Shown here: positions 40,801-54,820 of the stretch, piece after piece
Layout of the letters: every line of letters starts with the position of its first letter
How positions within the stretch are numbered: the first letter of the stretch is position 1
Source of the DNA: Hypanus sabinus
Lineage: Eukaryota
Direction: 5' to 3'
DNA: 64,000 nucleotides
Assembly: GCF_030144855.1 (NCBI RefSeq)
Contig: NC_082738.1
Coordinates: forward strand, 44,082,001 to 44,146,000
Translations under genes and position numbers: made by a program
Notes under the pieces: generated by a model
Seen by the model: only the letters and a program-made list of their open reading frames with translations
What the model was told of the DNA's origin: nothing
Database searches by the model: none

Positions 40801-43800
40801 GTCTAAGTGGAATTTGCAGCTCTGAATCATCCTTTCCAGGTGCAAGAGAATGGTGAATTTCCTCATTAATTCTTTTAATAGGAGCTTATTTTTATCATGT
40901 ATCATAGGGTGCAGAAGGCTTTCTTTTACTCATAAGTTAATTATTACATAACAAAACAATTCTTACATGAAAGGGATAGTTGTACCAGCATTCTCTGCTA
41001 TCCCACAGCCAGGGACTCTAAAAAAAGTACATAATAAATACAAATTAAAATTCCATCGCATTTTAAAGGGCAAAGTACTTCTGCTTAAACTAATCTTTTT
41101 CTAAATGTATCTGTGAAATCAGACAGGAATAAGGTGGATCAAAAAGAGCAAATCCAGGTACTAACTTTAAAACTAATCACAAGACCAGTGATTAAAGTGA
41201 ACAAAGAAACTGAGCTGCACTTTATACATTGACTAAGACCATATGGAGATTTTAAAATCCTATTAATGCACTATCAAGACATAAATCACTGCGACAAAAT
41301 AATCCTTCAGACTGCCAGTGAGCTGCTTCCTTCCTGCATGTCATGACCAGTGTTTGTACTGGAGTTGCAGATTGCAGAGTGATTATAAATTAACCAATCT
41401 GTAAATTTGTGTAATTGCTCTCAGCAGATAATAGTTGAGCTTTCAAAATCAAAGATTCTAGGGGAATTTATCTACAGTTTACTGAACCACGTAGCCCATA
41501 AAATTCCAAAGTTGATCCCTGTTCTGTATTGAGTTGGCAGATAGATGGTAAATAGAAAACAGCAAGGCTACTACCTAGCTTCAACCTGTTATACTGTGAT
41601 AGGCAAGGAAGAAAAAAATCCAGGGTTCCTAATGACTTCCAACAACTGCTGATGAATATGAAGTATGAATGAAACATGATCATATTCTGAGATGGTACCC
41701 CTGGCCATAAAACAGCTTGCTTTCAATCACTAGTGAGGTTTTGCCTTCAATAATGATCACTTAAGTCAGATATCAAATCACACGAACAAGAATCCAGCAA
41801 AGAATAAACATTTTCAAGATAGGAAAAGTCAAGAGCAAAGAAAAACCATCAGTGACAAATTTAAAATTACAGAATGTAATTACATCACACTGAATTGTCT
41901 ATTTCCACAAAATTACAATCCACTGCCCCTACATGTTCCAACATAAATATTAGGAACCAAAGTAATGCTTGCTTACCTTTGACAGGTAGTAAAAACTGAA
42001 CGTGAAGGCCCATAGGTAGAAACTGAACTTCCACCTACAAGCAGAAAATTAAAGCTTTACTGACACTAAAACATTTGTAATTAGAGAAATATTTTCCTTT
42101 AGATGCCTCCTTTTGTGCTTATGTATAAATTGAACTGCTCTTCATTGCTTATCATATGCTGTTGGGCAATTGCATCCCATTAAATGGTTTTTCTAAAATA
42201 AAAATTTGAAACTGTGTTTCATTCCACAGTTTCTCAGCAATTTTCAGTCTTAGTGAGGCCTGCTTCTGGTTCAAAGTGGTCAGATGCTGGGCTGGTAGAC
42301 CAGAAAGAATGAGGGCTGGTGGTCCTCCTAGGTCAGCAAGTCATCAACAGGTTCCAGGATCAAAGTTCTGTGTGGGCAGGAGGCATAAGGGCTAATGACC
42401 CGCTAGGTGTGCAAATTGGCAAGACTGGAGTTCAACCCCTAATGTTCATGGTCCGGTCATCAGTGAGCCCAGAGTTCGATACCTAGTGTTTGGGATCTTC
42501 ATTTGTCAACATTAGTGAGTCCGAGGGTCAATACTGCAGATCAAAGTCCAATGGTTGATTGATAGTCTGGAAGTCTGTGGAAACCTAGATCTACAGATCT
42601 CCATGAGTCTGCTGGGGAAGATGAAGACGAATGTCTGTGAATCCACGAGTCCGCTGGAGGCCAAAGATAGCCTGTCCAGGGGTTAGAGGACTGTGGTTGG
42701 TTTTGTTGCTTGGTGTGTTCTGTGTTGTTCTGCCTAGCGCTGTCGGCATTCTATGCTGACACCAGAATGTGTGGTGACATTTACGGGCTTCCCCCAGTAC
42801 ATTATTAAGTTGTGTTAGTTGTTCATGCATACGATGCGTTTCACTGTATGTTTTGTCATTCATGTGATAAATAAATGAATCTGAAAATTCAAAGTAAATG
42901 TATTCTCAAAGTATGTGCTGTATATGTTACCAAAAGATTCATTTTCTTGTAGGCATTTACAGGAAAAAAAAGTCAAAGTTTATGGTGCATGCCAAATCTA
43001 TGCAGACCTCTAAGAAAGTAGAGGTGTTGTCGTGCCTTCTTTGTGATGACACTTATAGATTAGTCTCAGGACATATCATTTGATATGTTAATGTTAACAA
43101 ATCTTAAGCTACTGACTGTCTCGGTCTTGGTTCCCCTAATGAGGACTGGCTCATGGACACATAACTGAAGGCTTTATCATATCTCCTGCCTCCAACAACT
43201 CCATCCCTCAGTTATTCATCAGCCACCATCTCCTCATGTGAAACAGCTATCTTTAGGACTATTCATGCCCATTTCATTATCCTTGATTGTCAAACAAACA
43301 TTTCCCTAATAAGTCCTGGTGAAGGATCTCAACCCAAAACATCAGCTATCCATTTCCTTCCATTGATGCTGTCTGACTCGCCAAGTTCCTCCAGACTTTT
43401 GTTCGTTGCTCCAGAGTTCCAGAATCTGTAGTTTATTTTTTTTTCATCAAACCATAAGACCATAAGATATAGGAGCAGAATTGGACCATTTGGACCACAA
43501 GTCTGCTCCATTTCCAGTTTCCTATATTTAATATCACCACTTCTAAACAAAAAAAAAACACCCATGATAATTTAAAAACCACCATTTTTAGCACTTCTCT
43601 GGGAAATAAAGACTATAAGACACAAGAGCTGAATTAGGCCATTCATCCAATTGAATCTGCTCCGCTATTCAATCATAGCTAATTTATACTCCCTCTGAAT
43701 CTCGTTACTTGCCTTCTCCCCGTAACCTTTGTGATGACATTACTAATCAAGAACCCATCAACTTCTGCTTTAAATATACCCAATAGCTTGGCCTTCTACT

Positions 43801-46800
43801 TCTATCTGTGGCAATGAATTCCACACATGAGGGAGACTTTGTTGAACCCATCGGCACTGAATCTGTGTCCACTGCAAAAATAACATGAGGAGATGGTGGC
43901 TGATGAATAACAGAGGGATGGAGCAGTTGGAGGCAGGAGATATGATAAAGCATTCAGTTATGTGTCCCTGAGCCAGTCCACATTAGGGGAACCAAGACCG
44001 AGACAGTCAGTAGCTTAAAATTTGTTAACATTAACATATCAGACGATATGTCCTGAGACTAATCTATAAGTGTCATCACAAAGAAGGCAAAACAACACCT
44101 CTACTTTCTTAGAAGTTTGCGTAGATTTGGCATGCACCATAAACTTTGACCTTTTTTCCTGTAAATGCCTACAAGAAAATGATTCTCCTAAATAAATTCA
44201 TCCTTATCTTTGTTCTAAAGGGACATCCTTGTATTCTGAAGTTGTGTCTTCTGGCCCTAGACACTCCCATGAAGGGAAACATCCTCTCCACATCCAATCT
44301 ATTCATGCCTTTCAATGTTTGGTAGCTTTCAATAAGAGTCCCCCCTCCTCATTCATCTACAAACGTAAAATCCAGTAAGTACAGGCCCAGAGCCATCAAA
44401 TGCTCCTCATACCTTAACCCTTCCATTCCCAGAATAATTCCTGTAAACCTCCTCTGAACCCTCTCCAATGCAGCACATCATTTCTTAATACGGGCTCAAA
44501 AACTGCTCGCAATACTTCAAGTGTCATCTGATCAATGTCTTACAAAGCCTCAGTTTGTTTTCAGCTGAGCCTCAGGCAAGTCTCAGCTTGTTTGCTTCAG
44601 GATGCTTGCTGTCATGTCCTGAAGATACCAGTGCAATACTGGGAGAGTTGACAGCCTCAATCTTAGTGGCAGTTAAGCTGCCTACAACTGAGAAAGTAAT
44701 TCTAGTGAATTGCCTGGTTGGCTCTTGATTAAAGTCAGTACAGACTCAACAGGCAAAAGAGCCCCTTTCCATGCCATAACCATTCAGGTTCTGTGATCTT
44801 TAGTCAGCTGAGAAGATCATCGGGGTCTCTCTTTCCGCCATTATGGACATTTACACTACACGCTGTATCTGCAAAGTAAACAGCATTATGAAGGACCCCA
44901 CGCACCCCTCATACAAACTCTTCTCCCTCCTGCTGTCTGGGGAAAAGCACCGAAGCATTCGGGCTCTCACAACCAGACTATGTAACAGTTTCTTCCCCCA
45001 AGCTATCAGACTCCTCAATACCCAGGGCCTGGACTGACACCTTACTGCCTTATTGTCTTGTTTATTATTTATTGTAATGCCTGCACTATTTTGTGCACTT
45101 TATGCAGTCCTGGGTAGGTCCATAGTCTAGTGTAGTTTTTTTCTGTGTTGTTTTTTTATGTAGTTCAGTCTAGTTTTTGTATTGTATCATGTAACACCAT
45201 GGTCCTGAAAATGTGTTGTCTCATTTTTACTATGTACTGTACCAGCAGTTATGGTCAAAATGACAATAAAAGTGACTTGACTTGACTTGACTTGAACATT
45301 ATTAAAACTTATTAGCTGTCATTATCTTAATGCTATTTGCATTAGCTTACTTTACACAAACCAGGAACTACATTTTTTATATTGGATTACTTCAGGGAAA
45401 CCTCATTGGTTGGAGTGTCTTTGAAAGGAACTCTATATATTTCTTTATATACTAATGTACATAATTACATCCAATTTCAGCAATATTTTCACATTTAAGA
45501 ATGAAAATTTTAATTTTCCATTCTTAAAGCCTTTTACAAAAGATTACCTTTTTTAAAATGTTATAGATTTATCTTACTAATTATCTCATTTACTTCCAGA
45601 CCCAAAATTTTACTTTCAAGTTCACCTTCTTAAGCACTGGTAAACTGATGTAAGAAATACTAAGATCACTTGTGACTATTGCATGGAAAATTTTAATTTT
45701 AATTTTTAATTTAGAGATACAGTACCATAACAGGCCCTTCTGGCCCAACAAGCCTGTACTACTCAATGGTACCCATATGACCAATTAAGCTTCTAACCCG
45801 TACATCTTTGGAATGTGGGAGGAAGCTGGAGCACCTGAAGGAAACACATGCAGTCATGGGGAGAATGTACAAACTCCTTACAGACAGCGTCAGGAAAACC
45901 TCCTCAATTTCCTTACAGAACTCTTCTCTCAGTTCTTGGCCCAGACTTCATGTCTCAGATCAAGAAATGCAGAGAGCAATATATTGAATCTACACCACAC
46001 TCTAGCAATGTAAATTGCACATTTCCACCAATGCGTCTTAATTTGAGAAGCAATCTACACCAATGAATACCATGCACTACATAAATACTACTCATCAAAG
46101 GCACCAGGTGTAGTACAGATTCTTTGCTCTTGGAAAGCAAAGGAAATCAGCATTAGAATCATGAGTATTTCCAGAGGAGTGCTGATAGGGAGACTTTGGT
46201 AGCCGCTCTCACTTGCTTTGGCTGGAGTACAAAATGAAGAAACAAAACAACTCATGTTACTTTTGGAAAAAATGAAGGAAAAATCAGTTACATGCTCTCG
46301 CAGAACTTCGTTAAGAGACTTGGCTTGTCCTGGTATCGCCGTAGCTTGAACCATTGTATCACTTCCTTTGTATCCCAATCTAGCTGTTTTGCCAAACGAG
46401 TCAGATGGTTTTTACCAGGTTCCTATAAGATGATTAAAATTAACAGATAAAATCAGAAAATATCAGATAATTTATCTGGATTACAAATTCCCAGAAGGCA
46501 TTGTTGTAAGTGTTTGATACATGTAATTTGAAGTGTAGAAACTTTGGAAATATTTTGACATGGGGTGGGGAGAAGGGAGAATGAAGGGAAAATAAACAAC
46601 ATGTTACTTGTCCTTTATAGTTCACCATACAATATATACTGATTAGTTTCAACACTAATACCCAAATTTTTTCCATTTTCACTCTGCCCAAGCACAATGT
46701 TTGCAGAAACATTGAAATGTGTTTGTGACATCCAGCCTTAATGGTTTCCTAAAGAAATTTAAATGTCTACTGTACTCTTTTCCATAGATGCTGCCTGACC

Positions 46801-49800
46801 TGCTGAGTTCTTCCAGTGCTCCGTGTGTGTTGCTTTGGATTTCCAGCATCTGCAGACTTTCTTGTGTTTGTGTTTTAACTTCCCTGTCTGGTTTTCTATC
46901 CTCTGAAATCTAAAGGATTATGCTTTTCAAATTTTAGCCACATCATATCCTCACCAAACACTCTGTCCTTGTTGACCAACGCTTGCTTCCCAAGACCTCA
47001 CATATACAATTCTTACACCAAACTACAAGGGGTGATTGATGTTTGTGGCCAAAGGTGGAAGGAGATGAGTTATTAACTTCAAACTTTCTGCATAATCACA
47101 CAAAGAGTTGAACTGCATGTGCATGTAACGAGAGCTGTATAACTCATCTCCTTCTACCTTAGGCCACAAACATATCAATCACCCATACTGTGGACACTCT
47201 CTGGAGGTCCAAGATCCGTATGCTCCACGACCCCTGGACTAATTGTGTAAATGTAGGAGGGGACTATGTTGAAAAATAAATGTGCTAGGTTTTCTAAAAT
47301 TGACTCCTTCTACCTTAGGCCACAAACTTATCAATCACCCCTCGTACGTTCTTAACTGGGAAAGGAGACTTGCTGAACAGCTTCTAACTAGCATTAGTCA
47401 TGTGCACTTGCGTGGTCGTTAGACACTACAGAACAGAGTGAACGGTTTTTAAGTAGCGTCAATTGCATGTATTTGTGTTCAAAAAGCAGTGATTTTTGTC
47501 ACTGATAGTTAATGAGAAAGAAGCAGTAAGACAATCAGAACTTTTGCTCGCTGAGGTTTCAAGCAAAGGAACTGCAGAGAATTTGAAGGTATGAATAACC
47601 ATCTTGCTTGTTACAATGAAAATGAAGATTTTGAAGATGCAATTGGTGAAAGCATTGTAAAGGCAGACCATTATCTACACTAGGTGTCTGCACTGATTTT
47701 GTTCATTTACAGTCAATCAAAAGAACACAGCAGTGTACCATTGATATCACTGTATGAAGGCAGTCCATTACTTTCACTAAGTGTCTGCTGATGTTACAGT
47801 CAATCAAAAGAATATGGTAGCGTACACTGAATAAATTCCTCTGTTGACAATTATTAGGACACAATATTTTATAGCACTGTAGAAGTATTGGTAATGTTTT
47901 AAGTTGTTCTGTATTTCAGTTAAATACATAATTTATTACTCAGTTAAATGGTAGTTTCTCTTTTTTTATACCTTTTTAACTATTTTCATTAAACTTCAAC
48001 TATTTGGAGCAGCTGCTTAACTGGGCTAAGATGTACTGGTCCTGATGTGTCCCAATTAATCAGAATCCACTGTACTGTAAATTCATTATAAGCATTGTAA
48101 TTTAGATTAGATCATATAATCTTACCGTGGTTATATCTCTAAACACCTTTTCGAGAACAATGTTTTGCTGAGCCTTCTGGATAGGCCTACACTCCACTCC
48201 AAGGGATTTAGCAAATGGTGCTGCAATAAACCTAAAATATTAAGAATTTAAAAATTGAGCATACACCAATAAAAAAGTAAAACTCCATACTACCACTATA
48301 CAGATGCAATATGATAAAAATTACCTCATAAGTGTACAGTTCCAATCTAATAGAACTGCATTTAAACCTTCCAAATATGGCCATAGCAACTGCCACTGTC
48401 AATCAATAAATGCATCAGATACAGCTACACTTACGGAACATACATCAACCTATTCAACGAAAACAGCTTTGCACACTTTAAACTTCTCAGTAATGTTGTA
48501 CTATATTCATGTTTGACAATTATATAAATAGTGTCCCCATAAATTCATGATTTATTTTGCTTCCATTGTATACATTGTAAATTTATTACAGACATCATTA
48601 TGAGCACATTAAATTTAAAGACCATGACCAGAAAAGAATAACACTGTTATTGCTGTCATGGATTAGAGGGCATGTGCTATGAGAATAGGTTAGGCAAACT
48701 CAGGCTGTTTTCTCTGGAGCAGTGGAGACTGAGGAGAGACCTGGTAGAAGTTTATAAGATTATGAGAGGCATGGAGAGAGCAGACAGCTGGTATCTTTCT
48801 CCCAGGATTGAAACGTCTAATACTAGAGGGTATGCATTTAGTGTGAAAGATTGTGTGTGTTCAAAGGAGATATGTGGGGCAAGTTTTCATTTTCCCCTAC
48901 ATAGAGAGTGGTGGGTGCTTCTGGGGGTGGTGGTGAGACAAATATGATAGATGTGTTTAAAAAGCTCTGAAGAGGCACATGATAGGCAGAGAATTGAAGA
49001 ATATTGACATTGTGTAGATTGTGTAGGCAGAAGGGATTAGTTTAGTTAGCTGTTTAATTACTAGTTTAATTATTTCAACACAACATCATAGGCCAAAGTG
49101 TCTGTTTTTATGCTGTATTGTTCTTTAATCTATGTTTTATGTAACATAATATTGAAATAACAAGCATGGGTAACACAATGGCGGCACAATGGTGAAGTGG
49201 TTAGCCCAAAGCTTTACAATACAAACGACCTGGGCTCATTTCCACCACCTCCCCCCCCACCGCCGTCTGTGAAGAATTTATACATTCTCCCCATGACCAC
49301 GTGGGTTTCCTCCCGGTGCTCTGGTTTCCTCCCACAGTCCAAAAATGTACCAGTTAGTAGTTTAATTGGTCATTATAAATTGTCCCATGATTAGGCTGGG
49401 ATTAAATCGAGGGTTGCTAGGCAGCACAGCTTGAAGGGCCGGAAGGGCCTATTCTGTACTGTATCTCAACAAATAAATCACAAGATTAAATTCTAATATT
49501 TGTGAAGAAACATTTTTCAAAAACAGGCAAAGACAACTAGGTCAAAGGGTTTTAATCTGCTATTGAAGGACTTGATGTAATAGCATGATGTAATTCCTTT
49601 AAACTTCTTAGACAGATCTGAGGTGTGGATTTATGGAATTCATTGCCACATAAAGCTGTGCAGGCCCAATCATTGAGGGTGTTTAAGGAGAAGATTGATA
49701 GGTATCTAATTAGTCAGGGTATCAAGGGATATGGGGAAAAGTCAGAAATTCAAACTAGATGGGAGAATGGTTTAGCTCATGGTGGAGTGGCAGAGCAGAC

Positions 49801-52800
49801 TCGATGAGCCAAATAGCCTACTTCTCCTCCTTTGTCTTGTGATCTTGTGTGAGGTACAGAGCAAGCGTTTTCCAAGCTCCTTCATTTAGATAAGGGCAAG
49901 TGTGACAAAAGATAAAGAGATTAGGAAAGTTAAAAAGAACAGAATTGAAAAAAAACCTGTGAAACTAAATTTTTTTAAAAATGAGAGGTCCTCCCTGTAG
50001 TCCTTCCTCATAATTATTGCTCAAACAACGTTGTTATAACTCATTACCTTTTTGTGCAAGCTTGTTTTGCACAAATTGGCTGCCTCGTTGAATACATTAA
50101 TTATAGTGACTTCCAATAAAGAAACACTAAAACACATTGCCATGTTAAAACATTGTGAAAGTTCAAAGTAAATGTATTATCAACGTACATATATATTACC
50201 ATATACTATCTTGGGATTCATTTTCTTGCAGGCATTTACAAGAAAAAAATACTGTATAAATAAAAAAAATAAATACAAGCTGCTCTTCACAAGGAAGAAG
50301 TCAGAGCCATTGAGAGGTTACAGGTGTGACATCTTAAGAATCTATGCGTGGGTATGAAAAGAATCTGGGAAATCAAGAAATCTCACTTGATCAGAGAAGA
50401 TTAAGAAGAAACATGAAAAAACATTATTTGAAACTGTATATCATTTTGATAACCTCGGAGTTCATAAGGAGAAAAGTATCTTCACTTGATGAGCTAATAA
50501 CAAGACAGAATAAATTTTCTTAACCAAGATAAATGTTCATTCATACACAATGTGTTAAGTAATGTTAACATATATTTATAAACTAATAGCGCCACTCAGG
50601 AGGTCCCGTGGGGTGTTACACCAACAATAGTTAAGGGGAAGCCACTAACTAGAGAGATTAAGTTTAACATTACAGAAACTAACAAAAATGCTAGTAACTG
50701 CCAGAACTGGTAATCACTCTACTGTCAGCAGCTACATTTGTCTTTAGCTTATCATTCCAGCTTTGACTCGGCAGTCAGTTCTCTTATGAAATAACTCATT
50801 TCTCTCTCTTCCTTTAAGATTCTCCTTAAAACTTAATTCTATCACATAGTTTTCAGTCAAATTCTGTAAGATAATGCTCCCATAAATCACCTTTCGAGAT
50901 TTAATCAAACTAAAAGGCACTGCATGATTGCATGTTGTTGCTGGCAACCTTTTAAAAGGCAAGAAAAACTTAAATGTGTATACACTTGCCTTTCTCTTTC
51001 AAAGATGGACCAGACGGAGCACGCTGTGTGCTCTGAAATCTGCTTAATCTTAGATCACTTGAATCACTAAAAATTAAATGATTTTACTGGAAAATAGGAG
51101 GATGTACAAATTAGAATTGTTATCATAGTTCCCGCTAAACTACTTGGGTTTTAAATTTTCAGGACTCTGTTTTCAAATATTTTCCAGAGTCTTTCTCTAT
51201 CTTGATTGTGGAGATTATTGTGCAGAAATTTATGCTGATCAAGACAAATTTATTGAAAAATATTAAATGCTTAGCTTCTTAACACTTTAAAGTAAATTTG
51301 AAATTATTTTCCATGTCTTTGCCCACCATATCTTTGTAGCTGTTCATTAGTGTCCTTACTGATTTTATATAATGCTCTCTGTCATGTGGAACCAAATGTA
51401 TGGGGATATGCAAACCCCAATGTACAGGCAAATTTGATGTAACCAGGCGTGCACTTTGACATTAATCAGTGTGGCTCTCCATGTTCAAGCAAATTTACAC
51501 AGGAATTGGATGGCAGAGGAAGGCCTTCAAAGTTGGATTTCCAATTATCATTAAGGGATTGCTGCTGATGCATTATTTGCCAATTCAGGTGCAAATTTGG
51601 TACAAGGGATAAATGCAAAAAGCAAAGACCACAGCTTAGAAATTGAGTTTAAAAAACACACACACAAGACACAGAGGCTGGGCTTAGTGCCTTTCTGACT
51701 AACCTCCACATACCTGAGCCAATATCTTAATTGTCTTCACATCTGCACCCACATTTATATTGCGTTATAATCTGAGTAATGCTGGCTGCTAGTGCTTCAA
51801 GACACAAGCAGGAACACAATTTCTCATGTCTCCTCCAAGGAATATAAATCAGTCTGGTGCAAGAGATTATCAACATTCAAGCACAACAGTTTCTCTGATG
51901 ATCTTTTAATAATCTTTTGACTAATAATTATTTCCTTCAGTTCCACATTCTTTCCTAGATGTTTAGTTCTACAATACATCTAGCAGATTTTGTGCATCTT
52001 CTTCCAATGAACACAGATGCAAAATAATTATCTAATACTTCAGCTATTTCATTTTTTTGCCCATCACTGTTTCTAGGGGTCTCACACTTGTCATCCCTAT
52101 TTATCTTTGATATACTTATAAAACCTCCTGCTGTCTGCTTTTATCTCTTTTTTTGCCATGCCATGCTGCTCTCATATTCTGCCTTGCCTTTTAAAATCAA
52201 TTTCTTGGTCTTCCTTTGCTGACTTTTAAAATGCACTTAATCCTCAGGCCTAGTGCTTTTTCTGGCAATAGTATAAAGCTCTTCCTTGGATTTAATGCTA
52301 TTTTTAAATTATCAGATCAGCCAGGATGAATTGTTTTTCCTTTTGGCTTTTTAGTGCCTTGATAAAGGAATTTTCTTTGCAACTTCTGCAATATTTCTTT
52401 AAAAGTTAACCATTGCATGTCCACATTCAATCTCCCAGTGAATTCTCCCAGTCATCTGTAGTCAATGCTCTTTTTACAGTTTATTTTTATCTTTGAAGCT
52501 TAAAATCCTAGTTCCCTTGTTTCACATTCAGTTAAAATCCATTCTTTCCCAAAAGCCCGTGGCAAGAAGATTACCAAATCACCCTTTCTCAATGCACAAA
52601 GCAAGATACAAATAGTTTTTTTCCTTTGTTGATTTAATCACATATACTTTTTATGAATACATTGTGCACTTTATTACAACAAAGTTGATTAATTCTCTCT
52701 ATATGTCGATTGGAATCTCTCATTGTATTACCCTGTTATATACATTTCTAATTTCTTGACATGGCACGTCTAATATTACAAGTATTAGGCATGAATATTT

Positions 52801-54784
52801 GAATGAAAATTTGAATATTTTCCCTGTACTTCGACTCTCTTTACTTATTGACTTTGATTTTTACTGGCCACTTATTTCACTCACTGCTTCATTAATTCTG
52901 CTGCTCTCCTTCCCAAATTCCCTTTGAGGTTTCTCCCACCAAGCTAACTTAAAACTTCCCATCTGCACTGACAAACACCCATGCAAATATATTGCATGCT
53001 TTTTCCATCTACACCATGAATTCATACAACAGATATTTAATCCCATTGATGTTCTTCAGCAGGATTTTCTCTGCTCTGAATACAGTTCTTGTATGGGCAT
53101 GGTAACATTTTGACGAGTGGGGTGGTGCAGAGATTGAAGTAAGTAGCATGCTGTGGAATGGAGTAAAGGACACTTAACACAAATCTTCAGTCTCAGTTCA
53201 TAAGTTATTTGAAGTGCTCCCTTCCAGCAGAGTCTGGCTGTTTCCTTGTCTTTCATAAACTCTCCTCTATTCTTGGCTACTAGTGGAGATTGTCTTTGTG
53301 CCATGGATGATCCCAACAGATGCAAAGTCCACAAGTGATTATCAACTAGCTGTTGGCTGCCTATGCTTTTTCAACCTACTGTTTCTTGCTCTTGCTGAAA
53401 TTCAATATTCAGATGCTAGTAGATCTGTTTTTCTCCTGGCTGAGAAATGATATTATAAATCGCAGAACATTTGGTGTTTATGATTAATTAGCTCTTGGAT
53501 CTCTGGTCATGCTCATCAAACCAATCTCAATATTTTATGTTAAAGAAGCCAAAAGATTCTTCACAAGAAATAATTATAGCAGACAAGGGACCATTGAGAG
53601 TCTGTTGCATATGCTGGTTAGAAATTATCAGGTTGTGTGGGAGATGCTAACCAAGTAGAACTTTGGAGGGTTTCAGTACTTGACATTTATTTTCCTGTGG
53701 CAACACTGCTGTTGCCACTGTCATTGAGAGCCACTTTTTTGGAGATGACATATCAGATTCGGAGTGGTCCATTCAACAACCACTGGTACCTCTTAGGACA
53801 CACATGATGCAGGCAGCCCTATGGTTCCTCCCTTAAGACAATGATATAATCTAACACATGCTAATGTGGTACAAGGAGGCTTTGCTTTTCATTTGAAACA
53901 GGCTGTAAACAAGAATATGTTCTAAATACCTTGATGACAGGAGAACTCCACAGGAGTTACCTTTTACTTCTTCCTTGTCAATTATAGTGCTCTGCAGCTT
54001 TGTGTCCGTTTTGACTCCAGCATTATTATTGCTAAGGTGGATAATTTACCCTCCTTTTGGGATTCTGGCCAGTGACTGCTCAGCTGCAATAGAGGTCCTC
54101 CTTCACCTCATTTGTTCTGGCTTTAGAATAAGCTGAAGAGTCATGGCACAATTACTGGGATGTCAAGCTTAATCTTGATGGCCCAACCTATGCCATGAAG
54201 ACAGTATTGCCCTTCTGTTTTGCCAATCCTGAGAAACACATAATCACGATTAACTTTTTAAAAAAATAAGCCTTCCCCTGCTCATAAGGTCTCACATTTG
54301 ACTTCCAGACTAAAGTTCAAAGTAAATTTATTATCAAAGTACATACATGTCACCTGATACTACCGAGGTTCATTTTCTTGTCAGTAAGTACAAGAAACAC
54401 AATAGAATCAATGGAAAATCTACAATGAAAGTAGAGCAAAAGTCATATCTGCCCTACTTGGGGTTATCTACGAGAGTCCTAAAGTTCCAGTTCTCAAAAT
54501 TCACACTGCAGAGTTGAGGCTGCGTGTGTGTGCATTCTTTTAATGTGCGATATCCGTTGCTTATCAGCTACTGTACTGCATATCTTGTCAGAGTAACATA
54601 TTGGTCCTTTAGCAATTTGGTCCAGGCTTACTGCATTGACTTAACATACTACACAAGTGGCCACATACATACACACATATACATACCAACTCTCCTACCC
54701 CTAATCTTTCTGCACTTGTAATTACCTTCCCCTCTCCAAACTAATTTTAATTAACAAAACTCTTTCCCTCTTGCGATCACTGAC

Positions 54785-54820
<36 letters not shown>

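Noticed and set aside
46088-46378. ORF 46088..46378 as a separate protein
   Set aside because: It is an alternative frame over CERS exon 3 running into the intron.
49180-49260. tRNA gene
   Set aside because: Degenerate tRNA-like head continuing into a SINE body; no intact cloverleaf.
51900-54250. Possible hidden gene in CERS intron 1
   Set aside because: It reads as a heavily decayed antisense LINE with no coherent exon chain.
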